Shown piece by piece: positions 9,883-18,842 of a stretch of DNA of 64,000 bases. A program made the position numbers and the translations under genes. The stretch's first letter is position 1. Each line of letters opens with the position of its first letter. Below the pieces are notes generated by a model. It saw nothing but the letters and a program-made list of their open reading frames with translations, did not search any database and was not told where the DNA came from. This DNA is from Candidatus Bathyarchaeia archaeon (GTDB lineage Archaea > Thermoproteota > Bathyarchaeia > Bathyarchaeales > Bathycorpusculaceae), in assembly GCA_049512935.1 (NCBI GenBank), contig JBEKWR010000006.1, forward strand, positions 85,934 to 149,933, given 5' to 3'.

Positions 9883-11052
9883 TTGATTCTTTGCTTTACG
9901 AGTCACCGTTACGCTCCGCTGGTCGGCGGCTACGATAACCAGATCAGGCTGCTGGCTGAGAACCTGAGCAGGTTCTTCCCCGTAAAAGTCGTCACGTTCA
10001 ACCTGACAGGCAGCGTGGCGGCGGAGTCCATCGGCAACGTTCAAGTCTACCGCGTGAAGCCTCAGCTGGTTTTTTTCCGCGTGCCCTTCTCCGCGGCGTT
10101 CCTCAGGAAACTCGGCAGCTTGGAGTTCGACATTCTGCACGCGCACGGTTTCGTGCCCGTTGTCTCCGACCTGTGCGTTGCCTACGCCAAGTCCAAGGGG
10201 AAAGCCACGGTTTACACTCACCACTTCGACGGCAACGTCCAAGACGCCCAGGCGTGGAACCTTCTCGCCGACGCCTACAACAGAACCGTCGCGCGCTTCA
10301 GCTTCAAGTACGCGGACGCGTTGGTTGCGACGACCAAGAGCTACGCGGAAACCTCGCCCGCACTGAAACGTGACCTCGGCAGAGTGAAGGTTATCCCGTG
10401 CTTCGTGGATTGCCGCCGCTTCAAGCCCCAGCCTCGGGAGCAGGTGGACGCGTTGAGGAGGCAGCTTGGTCTCGGCGGGGCTAAGACCGTGCTGTTCGTG
10501 GGCAGAATCGTTCCCTACAAGGGCTTGGAGTATCTTGTGCGCGCGGTTGAAGAGGCTAAGCAGCTGCTGGGCGAGGATCTCAGGTTGCTGGTGGTCGGCG
10601 GCGAAGAGGGAAAAAACATAACGGGCAAATCCAGCTACTACGCGCAGATCCGCAGGCAGGCAGAGCAAAGCGGCGTCGGCGGCAGCATCCGTTTCCTTGG
10701 CAGAGTCCCCGACAGCCAACTGGCAACCCTGTACAGCCTTGCCGACGCGTTGGCGCTTCCTTCGGTGATGCGGGGAGAAGCCTTCGGAACCGTGCTGCTT
10801 GAAGCCTTGGCGTGCGGAACACCCGTGGTCGCGTCGGACATAGCTGGCGTGAAGGACGTTTTGATGGGCGACGGCTCGGTTGGCAGCTACGTTCCAGCGA
10901 GGGACGCCGCGGCGTTGGCTAAGGCGCTGGTTCGGATGGCCCACCGAAAAGACGAAGTGTCAGAGAGATGCGTGCAGTTCGCGTTTGACAATTACCGCGT
11001 GGAAAAAATCGTGCAGGAATACGTCAACCTCTACACGTCGCTGAAACGCTGA
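9883..11052 (+). CDS. GT4 glycosyltransferase
   Basis: FVGRIVPYKG, EAFGTVLLEALACGTPVV. Confidence 0.93.
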   Translation: MILCFTSHRYAPLVGGYDNQIRLLAENLSRFFPVKVVTFNLTGSVAAESIGNVQVYRVKPQLVFFRVPFSAAFLRKLGSLEFDILHAHGFVPVVSDLCVAYAKSKGKATVYTHHFDGNVQDAQAWNLLADAYNRTVARFSFKYADALVATTKSYAETSPALKRDLGRVKVIPCFVDCRRFKPQPREQVDALRRQLGLGGAKTVLFVGRIVPYKGLEYLVRAVEEAKQLLGEDLRLLVVGGEEGKNITGKSSYYAQIRRQAEQSGVGGSIRFLGRVPDSQLATLYSLADALALPSVMRGEAFGTVLLEALACGTPVVASDIAGVKDVLMGDGSVGSYVPARDAAALAKALVRMAHRKDEVSERCVQFAFDNYRVEKIVQEYVNLYTSLKR

Positions 11053-11168
11053 CTGGTCTTTTGTGAGGTTTGGTTGCTTTGGCTTTGGTGATGGTTCAGA
11101 TCCCTAAGAAGGTTGTCGGCGGCGAAGTTGTTGTCTTGAGTTTGAAGCCCAGCAGGATGAAGTAGACT

Positions 11169-12311
11169 TTGCGAGTGTTAATGACTGCGCCGTCTTATTA
11201 TCCAAATAAAGGCGGTACGGAGACGATGGTCCGTGAAATCTCCGCTGGACTTAATCGTGTTGGCATTGAAACGGACATTATGACTTTTAATATGACTGAA
11301 AGGTGGAAGCCAAGATGGAGTGGAGCGGTCGAAAGTATCGATCAGTCCACGATCTATAAAATTCCTGGCTTAAACTGGCATCCGATGACCGATTCCATGC
11401 GAATAACCATGGGTGTAAATGTTATTCCTGGTCGATGTACGCAAATAATGAAAAAATATGACATCATACATTATCATGAGCTTGAGTTGAGCTTTCCGCT
11501 ATTCACTTATCAGGTTAAGAAACCTAAGATTTTGCACCTTCACGGATTCGATCCTAATTTCCTTAATAGACATCTCCTGAGCAAGATGATTTTTGAAAGA
11601 ACGGTAGATTACTACGTGGCTATATCTAGAAAAGCAAGAAGCGATTTATCAAGCTTAGGCATTTCTAGCAGCAGAATTCTTTATCTGCCAAACGGCGTTG
11701 ACACGAATGTTTTTCAACCAAGCGGTGAAAAAGAGGAAAATTTGCTGCTATTCGTTGGTAGACTGACAACCCAGAAGGGCTTGCCCGTTTTATTGCGTGC
11801 ATTACGTTATGTAGACACTCCTGTTCGCTTGGTGGTTATAGGTCCTCCTTCATCATCTGCATATTATGACTTTATCAGAGAATTAGCCAGAAAAGAGGTT
11901 TCAAGGGGCAGACATAAGATAGAGATTTTAGGCGACGTGAACGGTTCTATAGTACCCTGGTATCAGAAAGCCTCTATTTTCGTTTTGCCCTCGTTATGGG
12001 AGGGTTTGCCAGTTGTTGCGATAGAAGCACTCGCGTGCGGCACCCCAGTTGTTGCAACATCTGTAGATGGAACACCTGAAGTTGTTACGGATAATGAAAA
12101 TGGTTTTCTTGTGCCTGCAAATGATCCACGAAGATTGGCGGAAAAAATTCAGTATCTGCTGGAAAACCCGTCTTTAAGAGTTAAAATGGGCAAGGAAGGC
12201 AGAAATAGGATGATTGAGGATTTTTCCATGGATGTTCTTTTGAAGAGGCTTCGCAGGTTTTATGAGGAAATCCTTTCTGGAGGAAGGGATAGGATAAGCG
12301 ATATTGCTTGA
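11169..12311 (+). CDS. GT4 glycosyltransferase
   Basis: PNGVD, FVGRLTTQKG, EGLPVVAIEALACG. Confidence 0.93.
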   Translation: MRVLMTAPSYYPNKGGTETMVREISAGLNRVGIETDIMTFNMTERWKPRWSGAVESIDQSTIYKIPGLNWHPMTDSMRITMGVNVIPGRCTQIMKKYDIIHYHELELSFPLFTYQVKKPKILHLHGFDPNFLNRHLLSKMIFERTVDYYVAISRKARSDLSSLGISSSRILYLPNGVDTNVFQPSGEKEENLLLFVGRLTTQKGLPVLLRALRYVDTPVRLVVIGPPSSSAYYDFIRELARKEVSRGRHKIEILGDVNGSIVPWYQKASIFVLPSLWEGLPVVAIEALACGTPVVATSVDGTPEVVTDNENGFLVPANDPRRLAEKIQYLLENPSLRVKMGKEGRNRMIEDFSMDVLLKRLRRFYEEILSGGRDRISDIA

Positions 12312-12420
12312 TTATCTTTAACTGCAGATATTTGAGGTTGGAAGGAATGTTAATGCTAGCGCGCTTTTGGGCAACTAGCATGTAGAAAGGCTTGAAAAAT
12401 GGGACGGCTTAGTCCGCCGT

Positions 12421-13605
12421 TTGCTGTCGGGTGAGGTTATGAGGGTTCTTTTTGTGACGTCTCTGCTGGGCAGGGAGTACGGCGGCGCCGAAATCAGCAC
12501 TGGCCTGCTGCTTGACCGCTTAGCCGACGATGGACACTGGGTCCGCGCCTTGACCACGCGCAAAGCCCGCTCTGACCCGCGCCTCGTCTCAGTCAGCTTC
12601 CCCGTGGAGGTCCCTAAGAGGGTTCTGACTGTCGGCAACGGCAGCGTGGATTTCTTGCTTGCCAGAAAAGTCAGGCGACAGCTTGAAATCTTCAAACCCG
12701 ACGTCGCCCACGTTCAGGACACGTACATTTTGCCCGCCGCGGTCGCCGCAGCCAAGCAGCTGCACGTGCCAGTCGTCGTCACCGTTCGCAACAACGTTTT
12801 AGATTCGGCGTGGGACATGATGTTTGGGTTTCCCTTCGCAGGCATGCTTAAACGCCGCAACAAAACCATCATTGCGGCTCTGCACGGGGCAGACAGGGTC
12901 ATCAGCGTCAGCCGCTACATCAAAGGAGAGCTGGTTACGCGCGGAGTCGACGCCGAGAAAATCGTGCCCATCTACAACCTGCCGCCCACCGTCAAAAACG
13001 CGGATGCGCAGGCAACCTTGGGCGGCGGCGCGGTTCACCTGTTTGCTCCGGGCTTTCTCGCGGGCTTCAAAGGGTTCCGACCGCTGATTCTGGCGATGAA
13101 GAGGGTTTGCGCTTCATGCGCTGACGTTGACTTGACCATTGTAGGCGGCGGTCCGCAGAGGAAGACACTTCAGAAACTCAGCTCGGAGCTGGGTCTTTCG
13201 GGCAAAGTCAGGTTCGTGGGCAAAGTTCCCTTCGCCGATGTTCTGCCGCTTTACGCTGCGTGCGACGTAGTGGTTTTCCCCAGCATCTACCCTGAACCCC
13301 TCGGACGCGTGACTCTTGACGCCATGTACTTCGGCAAACCCGTCGTCGCCAGCAGAGTCGGCGGAATACCTGAAGTCGTAACCGACCAGGAAACAGGCAT
13401 CCTCGTGCCCCCAGACAACCCTGAAGCCCTCGCCAACGCAATCATCACCCTCGCAGAAAACCCCGATTTAAGAGCGTCAATGGGCAGGAAAGGCAAAGAA
13501 GCAGTTCATGAAAAGTTTAACCCGGAAAAAATCGTCGGTCAGCACCTGCAAGTTTACCGCGACGCGATGATGGACTGTGGATGCGGCTCGGAGTGTCAGA
13601 TTTGA
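12421..13605 (+). CDS. GT4 glycosyltransferase
   Basis: YGGAE, EPLGRVTLDAMYFGKPVV; start may be ATG at 12439. Confidence 0.92.
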   Translation: MLSGEVMRVLFVTSLLGREYGGAEISTGLLLDRLADDGHWVRALTTRKARSDPRLVSVSFPVEVPKRVLTVGNGSVDFLLARKVRRQLEIFKPDVAHVQDTYILPAAVAAAKQLHVPVVVTVRNNVLDSAWDMMFGFPFAGMLKRRNKTIIAALHGADRVISVSRYIKGELVTRGVDAEKIVPIYNLPPTVKNADAQATLGGGAVHLFAPGFLAGFKGFRPLILAMKRVCASCADVDLTIVGGGPQRKTLQKLSSELGLSGKVRFVGKVPFADVLPLYAACDVVVFPSIYPEPLGRVTLDAMYFGKPVVASRVGGIPEVVTDQETGILVPPDNPEALANAIITLAENPDLRASMGRKGKEAVHEKFNPEKIVGQHLQVYRDAMMDCGCGSECQI

Positions 13606-14741
13606 AGATCTTTCAAGTTACCCCGTACTACCCGCCTCACGTGGGCGGAGTGGAGTCTTTCGTTCAGCTACTCTCCGAAGGGCTTGCGTCCCGCGGGCAT
13701 GAAGTCACCGTTTTCGCCTCTTCCAACACGTCCGCCCAATCCGTTCGGAGGGTTAACGGCGTCAAGATAATTTCCTTGAAAACGGTTTCTAAAGTTTATA
13801 ATGTTCCCATTGTTCCTTCCCTCTTCAGCAGGCTCCTACGGGAGGGAACGCCTGACGTTATCCACGCTCACCAGTACCCTGTGTTTATGTCCGATGTAGC
13901 GGCGGCTGCCGCCATCGTGAAAAACATCCCGATGCTTTTGCACGTTCACCTTGTCCCAGACTCCAAGTCTGCCTTGTCAGGATGGATAAACAATTTTTAC
14001 TATTCAACCATTGGTCTGTGCACGCTTAAATCCGCCGACGGTGTGGTGGTTCCCAGTTTGGCGTATAAGTCCAAAATCGAAAAAATGCATGTCAACCCAA
14101 GCAAGATACAAGTGGTCCCAATCGGGATTGATTTTGAAAGGTTCCAAACCAAAACCGACAAGGAATCATTTAAAGAGCGTTACCACTGTCAAGGGTCAAA
14201 GGTGATTCTGTCAGTCAGCAGGTTAAACTACCAAAAAGGCTTGCAATACCTAATCAAAGCGATGCCAGCAGTTTTGAAAAAAGTGCCAAATGCCAAGCTC
14301 ATGATTGTCGGCGAAGGGGAAGAACTCTCTTACCTCAAAGGGCTTTCAAAATCGCTCGGAATAAGTCAATCGGTGATTTTTACTGGAGTTTTAAGCCATG
14401 AAGAAATCCCTGTTGCCTACTCTTCTGCTGACGTGTTCGTTTTGCCTTCCCTCTTTGAGAATACGCCTTTAACTCTGATTGAAGCGCAAGCATCTGGAAA
14501 ACCTGTTATTGCCACGCGCGTTGGAGGAGTGCCTGAAGTCTTAGTTGACGGCGAGACAGGGTTTCTAGTTGAATCTCGCAACGTAAAACAACTGGAAGCT
14601 AGAATTGTTGAGCTCTTGTCCGATAATAACTTGGCACGTGAAATGGGCGAAAAAGGAAAAGAGTTCGTTGAGGCACGATTCAGCATCCAATGCGCCGTAA
14701 GCAAAATAACAGACGCCTACAAAAAACTATTACAAAATTAA
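13581..14741 (+). CDS. GT4 glycosyltransferase
   Basis: PPHVGGVE, SRLNYQKG, ENTPLTLIEAQASGKPV; true start probably TTG near 13602. Confidence 0.92.
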   Translation: MRLGVSDLKIFQVTPYYPPHVGGVESFVQLLSEGLASRGHEVTVFASSNTSAQSVRRVNGVKIISLKTVSKVYNVPIVPSLFSRLLREGTPDVIHAHQYPVFMSDVAAAAAIVKNIPMLLHVHLVPDSKSALSGWINNFYYSTIGLCTLKSADGVVVPSLAYKSKIEKMHVNPSKIQVVPIGIDFERFQTKTDKESFKERYHCQGSKVILSVSRLNYQKGLQYLIKAMPAVLKKVPNAKLMIVGEGEELSYLKGLSKSLGISQSVIFTGVLSHEEIPVAYSSADVFVLPSLFENTPLTLIEAQASGKPVIATRVGGVPEVLVDGETGFLVESRNVKQLEARIVELLSDNNLAREMGEKGKEFVEARFSIQCAVSKITDAYKKLLQN

Positions 14742-14944
14742 CGAGGAATTGAAACTAGCTTCTGACGAATAGTCAGATGCTTTTGGGAAAATCTTAAGTA
14801 TGTAGCATGATTCTTAACATCAAATTGAATTGATCTCTTAATCGAAATTCATACGAGCAGATAAAAGCTGATAGTCACGAATATGAGGAGAGGGACCATT
14901 TCCAAATAGAGCAAGCGAAGAAGATCACAGAGCATCCGCTGTTT

Positions 14945-16315
14945 ATGTTAGCAGTGGTAATTGCGGCATTTCTTGTTGCTTTGATCTCTCTCCTTCCCAC
15001 AAAAATCGTGCAAATGGGGACTAGCCCATACTTTATTTTCCAGGTCATACCCCTTCCGTTTTGGATTGCTATCGTCGTAATAGCCTGCACTGTTTTCTTT
15101 ATGATTCCGCGGTTGAAAGAGAACCGTTTCAAGGTCTTATTCATTTTTTCATCGATTTTGCTGATTATCTGTTTCAGAATGGCTTTTCCAATCGAATTCA
15201 CTACCATACCTGCGTACGAACCTGACGCTTCTACATACATGACCGTCGTTAACTCATGGGTTACGCATGGCATCGATTTTGGCGTGCAGGGTAACTACCA
15301 GCACAACTACCCCATGGCTTTTCTGGTAGCCTATGCCTTCGTTAAACTTGGAGTTTCTCTGGAAACTTTCTTCCGCGTTGCGCCTTTCGTCATTTACGCC
15401 TTAGACATGTTGTTCTTGTACTTGATACTCGAAGAAGTGATGCCTGAGGACAAGAAAAAGAGCGCTATTCCGTTTGTGGCAATCTTCTTATTCTCCTTTT
15501 CCAGCCTCGGCTACTGGGTAACCGTTCACTACTGCCCCGAGATATTGGGTTCATTAATGTTTTTTGTCAGCCTATACCTTGGCGTCAGGCTTGCCAAGGC
15601 TAAAAGTTGGAGCGCAGAGAATATGCTGCCCGTTTTTGCCGTCATCTTTATCCTGATTCTTTCACATCATTTAAGCACACTTTATCTCATCATAACCTTC
15701 TTCGGGCTTTCACTTTCAACGTGGTTCTTTAAACCGCAAAAATGGAAGAATGGGGCTCGAACATTCCTAGTTTTGGGAATTTTCGCTGCTGTGGCTTGGT
15801 TCACGTATGGCGAGATCGTTTACCCGTCCTTCTTTAACATTGAATCGTACCTCAAAGGTTTTTCAAACGTGGTTCAACTTTCAAGAACTGCTGGGTTGAT
15901 ACCGAACCTCACCTTTGCTGTTTATCCAGTTTTCATCGTAATACTTTTTGCAATAGAATTCCTAAGGGTTATGCAGATCCAAAACCCAAAGTCTCTATCA
16001 ACAAGCATTAAAGGAAAACTGCGTGAAATTCGAACCCGCGAATCAGGCGACACATTATTCGTGTTTTCTATGGGCTTCATTTTGATATTTGTTCTTTTCT
16101 TAGTAGGTTTACCCGTCCCAGTGCTTTTCGGCAACAGAATCATGGAAGTCCTCTTCATCGGCATGTTTCCGTTGGCGAGCCAAACATTGATTGGTCTTGC
16201 TGGCGAAAAATCTTGGAAAAAGAGGGCTTTGATAATTGCCATTTTAATTGCAGTTGTTTTGGTCGCCGACTACCGCTATTATTCTCAAATTCAAAGAAGA
16301 GTAATTTTCGCTTAG
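14945..16315 (+). CDS. multi-TM protein in glycosylation locus (GT-C/polymerase-like)
   Basis: About 12 TM helices; EPD..Y loop and SHHLS motif; located among GT genes. Confidence 0.65.
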   Translation: MLAVVIAAFLVALISLLPTKIVQMGTSPYFIFQVIPLPFWIAIVVIACTVFFMIPRLKENRFKVLFIFSSILLIICFRMAFPIEFTTIPAYEPDASTYMTVVNSWVTHGIDFGVQGNYQHNYPMAFLVAYAFVKLGVSLETFFRVAPFVIYALDMLFLYLILEEVMPEDKKKSAIPFVAIFLFSFSSLGYWVTVHYCPEILGSLMFFVSLYLGVRLAKAKSWSAENMLPVFAVIFILILSHHLSTLYLIITFFGLSLSTWFFKPQKWKNGARTFLVLGIFAAVAWFTYGEIVYPSFFNIESYLKGFSNVVQLSRTAGLIPNLTFAVYPVFIVILFAIEFLRVMQIQNPKSLSTSIKGKLREIRTRESGDTLFVFSMGFILIFVLFLVGLPVPVLFGNRIMEVLFIGMFPLASQTLIGLAGEKSWKKRALIIAILIAVVLVADYRYYSQIQRRVIFA

Positions 16316-16417
16316 GATAGCGTTTGTAATTGAGATAAAGTTGATTTGTTCATCTATGAGGTCACAAAGAAGCGGTAGTCAAGCCGATTAGAAATTGCCC
16401 TGCAACCAAGGATTTTT

Positions 16418-17584
16418 GTGGAAGCTATGAAAATTTGCATGTATAGCCCTTTTTCATTCTCGATGGAATCGAGTACCCATCGGTTGGTTTCTTTGGCTGA
16501 AGAGTTGGTGAAAAGAGGCAACGAAGTTTCAATAGTTTTGCCGAGTTTTGACAGACATTCAGGTTTTGAGAAACAAAAACTTGACTGTTTTCACGGCGTT
16601 CGCCTCGTTCAGCCGTACCAGCCCAAAATCCGTAAAGTTGAGCTATCAATGATGCCGTACATATTTTCATCTTTCGTGAAAGAATTTGGTGAAACCTACG
16701 ATGTTGTACACATTCTTAAGCCTCTGCCCATTAATTGCGCTCCATATTTGATGAAGCCGTTGAAAAACACGCCGATTGTTCAAGACATGGATGATTTGGA
16801 ACATAACGTCCTGATTATGGAGAAACATCCATCATCAAGCGTTAAGCTCGCAGAGTACTGCGAAAGAGTCTTACCTAGACTTGCAGACCACATCACAACC
16901 TGCTCTTCATCTCTGAAAAAAATTTATGTTAACATGGGGTTTGACGAAGAAAGAATTACTTGGCTTCCAAACGGGGTTAAAACTTCAGAGTTTAATGTTT
17001 CTTCTCAATCTTCACTTAAAGTAAAATTTGGCTTGAAAGACAAAGTCGTTGTTTATTTGGGATGGATGAACAATCGTTTTCAAGTTTACCCTCTAATCAG
17101 AGCGATGGAGTTGGTGACGAAGCAACGAAGCGACGTCTCATGCATGATTATTGGTGACGGCTCGGCTAGACCCTTTTTCGAGCAACTATCCAAAAATTTG
17201 CATTTATCAGACTACATAAAATTTGTGGGATATGTGCCCTACGCTGACGTACCCGAGTACCTCTCAATATGCGACATCGGCTTTGCCTGCTGCCCCCAAC
17301 CTCTTACAAGCACAGGCGGCGCGTTGAAAGTCTTCATGTACATGGCGTCGGGGATGCCTGTCATAGTCGATGAAGCAGGTGACTTGCCATACTACATAGA
17401 TTACGGCAACGCAGGAATAGTATCAAGACTGGATCCAGTTAGCTTGTCGAAGTCGCTTCTTGAACTGGTTGGAAACGGCGAGTTAAGAAGGAAAAAAGGA
17501 GCACATGCAAAAGAGTATGTTAGGCAAAACTTTGATTGGGAAATTTTGACCGACAAATTAGTCAGCGTTTATGAGAGCTTATAA
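16418..17584 (+). CDS. GT4 glycosyltransferase
   Basis: LPNGV, KVFMYMASGMPV, FDWE. Confidence 0.9.
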   Translation: MEAMKICMYSPFSFSMESSTHRLVSLAEELVKRGNEVSIVLPSFDRHSGFEKQKLDCFHGVRLVQPYQPKIRKVELSMMPYIFSSFVKEFGETYDVVHILKPLPINCAPYLMKPLKNTPIVQDMDDLEHNVLIMEKHPSSSVKLAEYCERVLPRLADHITTCSSSLKKIYVNMGFDEERITWLPNGVKTSEFNVSSQSSLKVKFGLKDKVVVYLGWMNNRFQVYPLIRAMELVTKQRSDVSCMIIGDGSARPFFEQLSKNLHLSDYIKFVGYVPYADVPEYLSICDIGFACCPQPLTSTGGALKVFMYMASGMPVIVDEAGDLPYYIDYGNAGIVSRLDPVSLSKSLLELVGNGELRRKKGAHAKEYVRQNFDWEILTDKLVSVYESL

Positions 17585-17610
17585 TTCGTCTGTTTCGTAA
17601 AAAGCTCAAA

Positions 17611-18780
17611 ATGATTCAGAGGGCGAGAACGATCCGAATTGCGATAGTTTCACCAAACGCGCCACCTCTTAATGTTTTCAAGGGACTTCTCGGCGGAGGC
17701 GAAACCTTTGCGGTGAGCATAGCCCGCCAATTGGCTGACTTGAAACATGAAGTCACATTTCTAACCGTATCCAAGAATTCTGGCAGTTATTACGTCAACG
17801 AAAAATTGAATTTTAGATACATGAAGAGCAGCGTTTGGTCAACGGGAAAAGATGACATTAGTTCCCTTCAAATATTTCAAGATTTAAAGAAATACGATGT
17901 TGTTCACGTGCAACAGTTATGCATGAGTCTGACTCTTTCAGCTTGTTTTGCTTCAAAGATGCAGAAAATTCCTACTTTTTTAACGGATCATGCTGGTGGT
18001 TCCCTTTTTCTTTATGCAATGCCTCAGTTTTGTGCAAAATTTCCCAATTACTTCCTGCCTATTTCTGAGTATTCTTCAAGATGGCTGCAGAGTCTTTCTC
18101 CTTCCACGAAGTCAACTGTTGTTTATGGCGGAGTAAACCCCGAAGTATTTCATCCCAACTACGATTATTCAGACATTAACAAAAGGCTTGATCTGGATGG
18201 TTACCGCGTCATCTTGTTCGTTGGCAGAGTTGCGCCCCACAAAGGGATTGAAGTGCTGATTAAGGCTTTTCGTTACCTGCCTCCGAAATCAAAGTTATTA
18301 ATTGTCGGTCCGATTCGAGATTCACGATACATGGCGTTTTTACAAGAAACCGCAAAGAAATTTTGTCCCGGACGAATGCTCGTTTTAGGTGCGGTTCCAG
18401 AAGAAGACCTACCAAAATACTACAACGCCTGCGACGTCTTCGTGCTGCCTTCAGTTTATACAGATTATCTCGGGCATTACCACCGTTTTCCAGAACTGCT
18501 TGGATTGGTCAAGTTTGAGGCAATGGCATGTTCAAAACCCGTGATAGTGTCTAATGTTGGAGGCTTGCCAGAGCAGGTAATAAATGGAGAAAACGGCTTC
18601 GTCGTTGCTTCAGGAAACGAAGAACAATTGGCTTATGCAATAAACAAGGTTCTAGCCGACGATAAACACAAAAGAAGAATGGGGGCTAACGGGTTGAGAC
18701 TTGTCCAAGAAAAGTTCACTTGGAAAATGACTGCTAAAAGAATCCTCCATTCTTACGAGTCAGCGCTAAAAAGCGGGTAA
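17611..18780 (+). CDS. GT4 glycosyltransferase
   Basis: GGGE, FVGRVAPHKG, ELLGLVKFEAMACSKPV. Confidence 0.92.
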   Translation: MIQRARTIRIAIVSPNAPPLNVFKGLLGGGETFAVSIARQLADLKHEVTFLTVSKNSGSYYVNEKLNFRYMKSSVWSTGKDDISSLQIFQDLKKYDVVHVQQLCMSLTLSACFASKMQKIPTFLTDHAGGSLFLYAMPQFCAKFPNYFLPISEYSSRWLQSLSPSTKSTVVYGGVNPEVFHPNYDYSDINKRLDLDGYRVILFVGRVAPHKGIEVLIKAFRYLPPKSKLLIVGPIRDSRYMAFLQETAKKFCPGRMLVLGAVPEEDLPKYYNACDVFVLPSVYTDYLGHYHRFPELLGLVKFEAMACSKPVIVSNVGGLPEQVINGENGFVVASGNEEQLAYAINKVLADDKHKRRMGANGLRLVQEKFTWKMTAKRILHSYESALKSG

Positions 18781-18842
18781 AAATAAACTTCGACTATGGG
18801 CAGATTGCCTGTGTACTTGCTGCTTTTTGAATCCCCATAGTC

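Noticed and set aside
9085-10944. Long minus-strand ORFs (203 and 394 aa)
   Set aside because: Antisense to GC-rich glycosyltransferase genes
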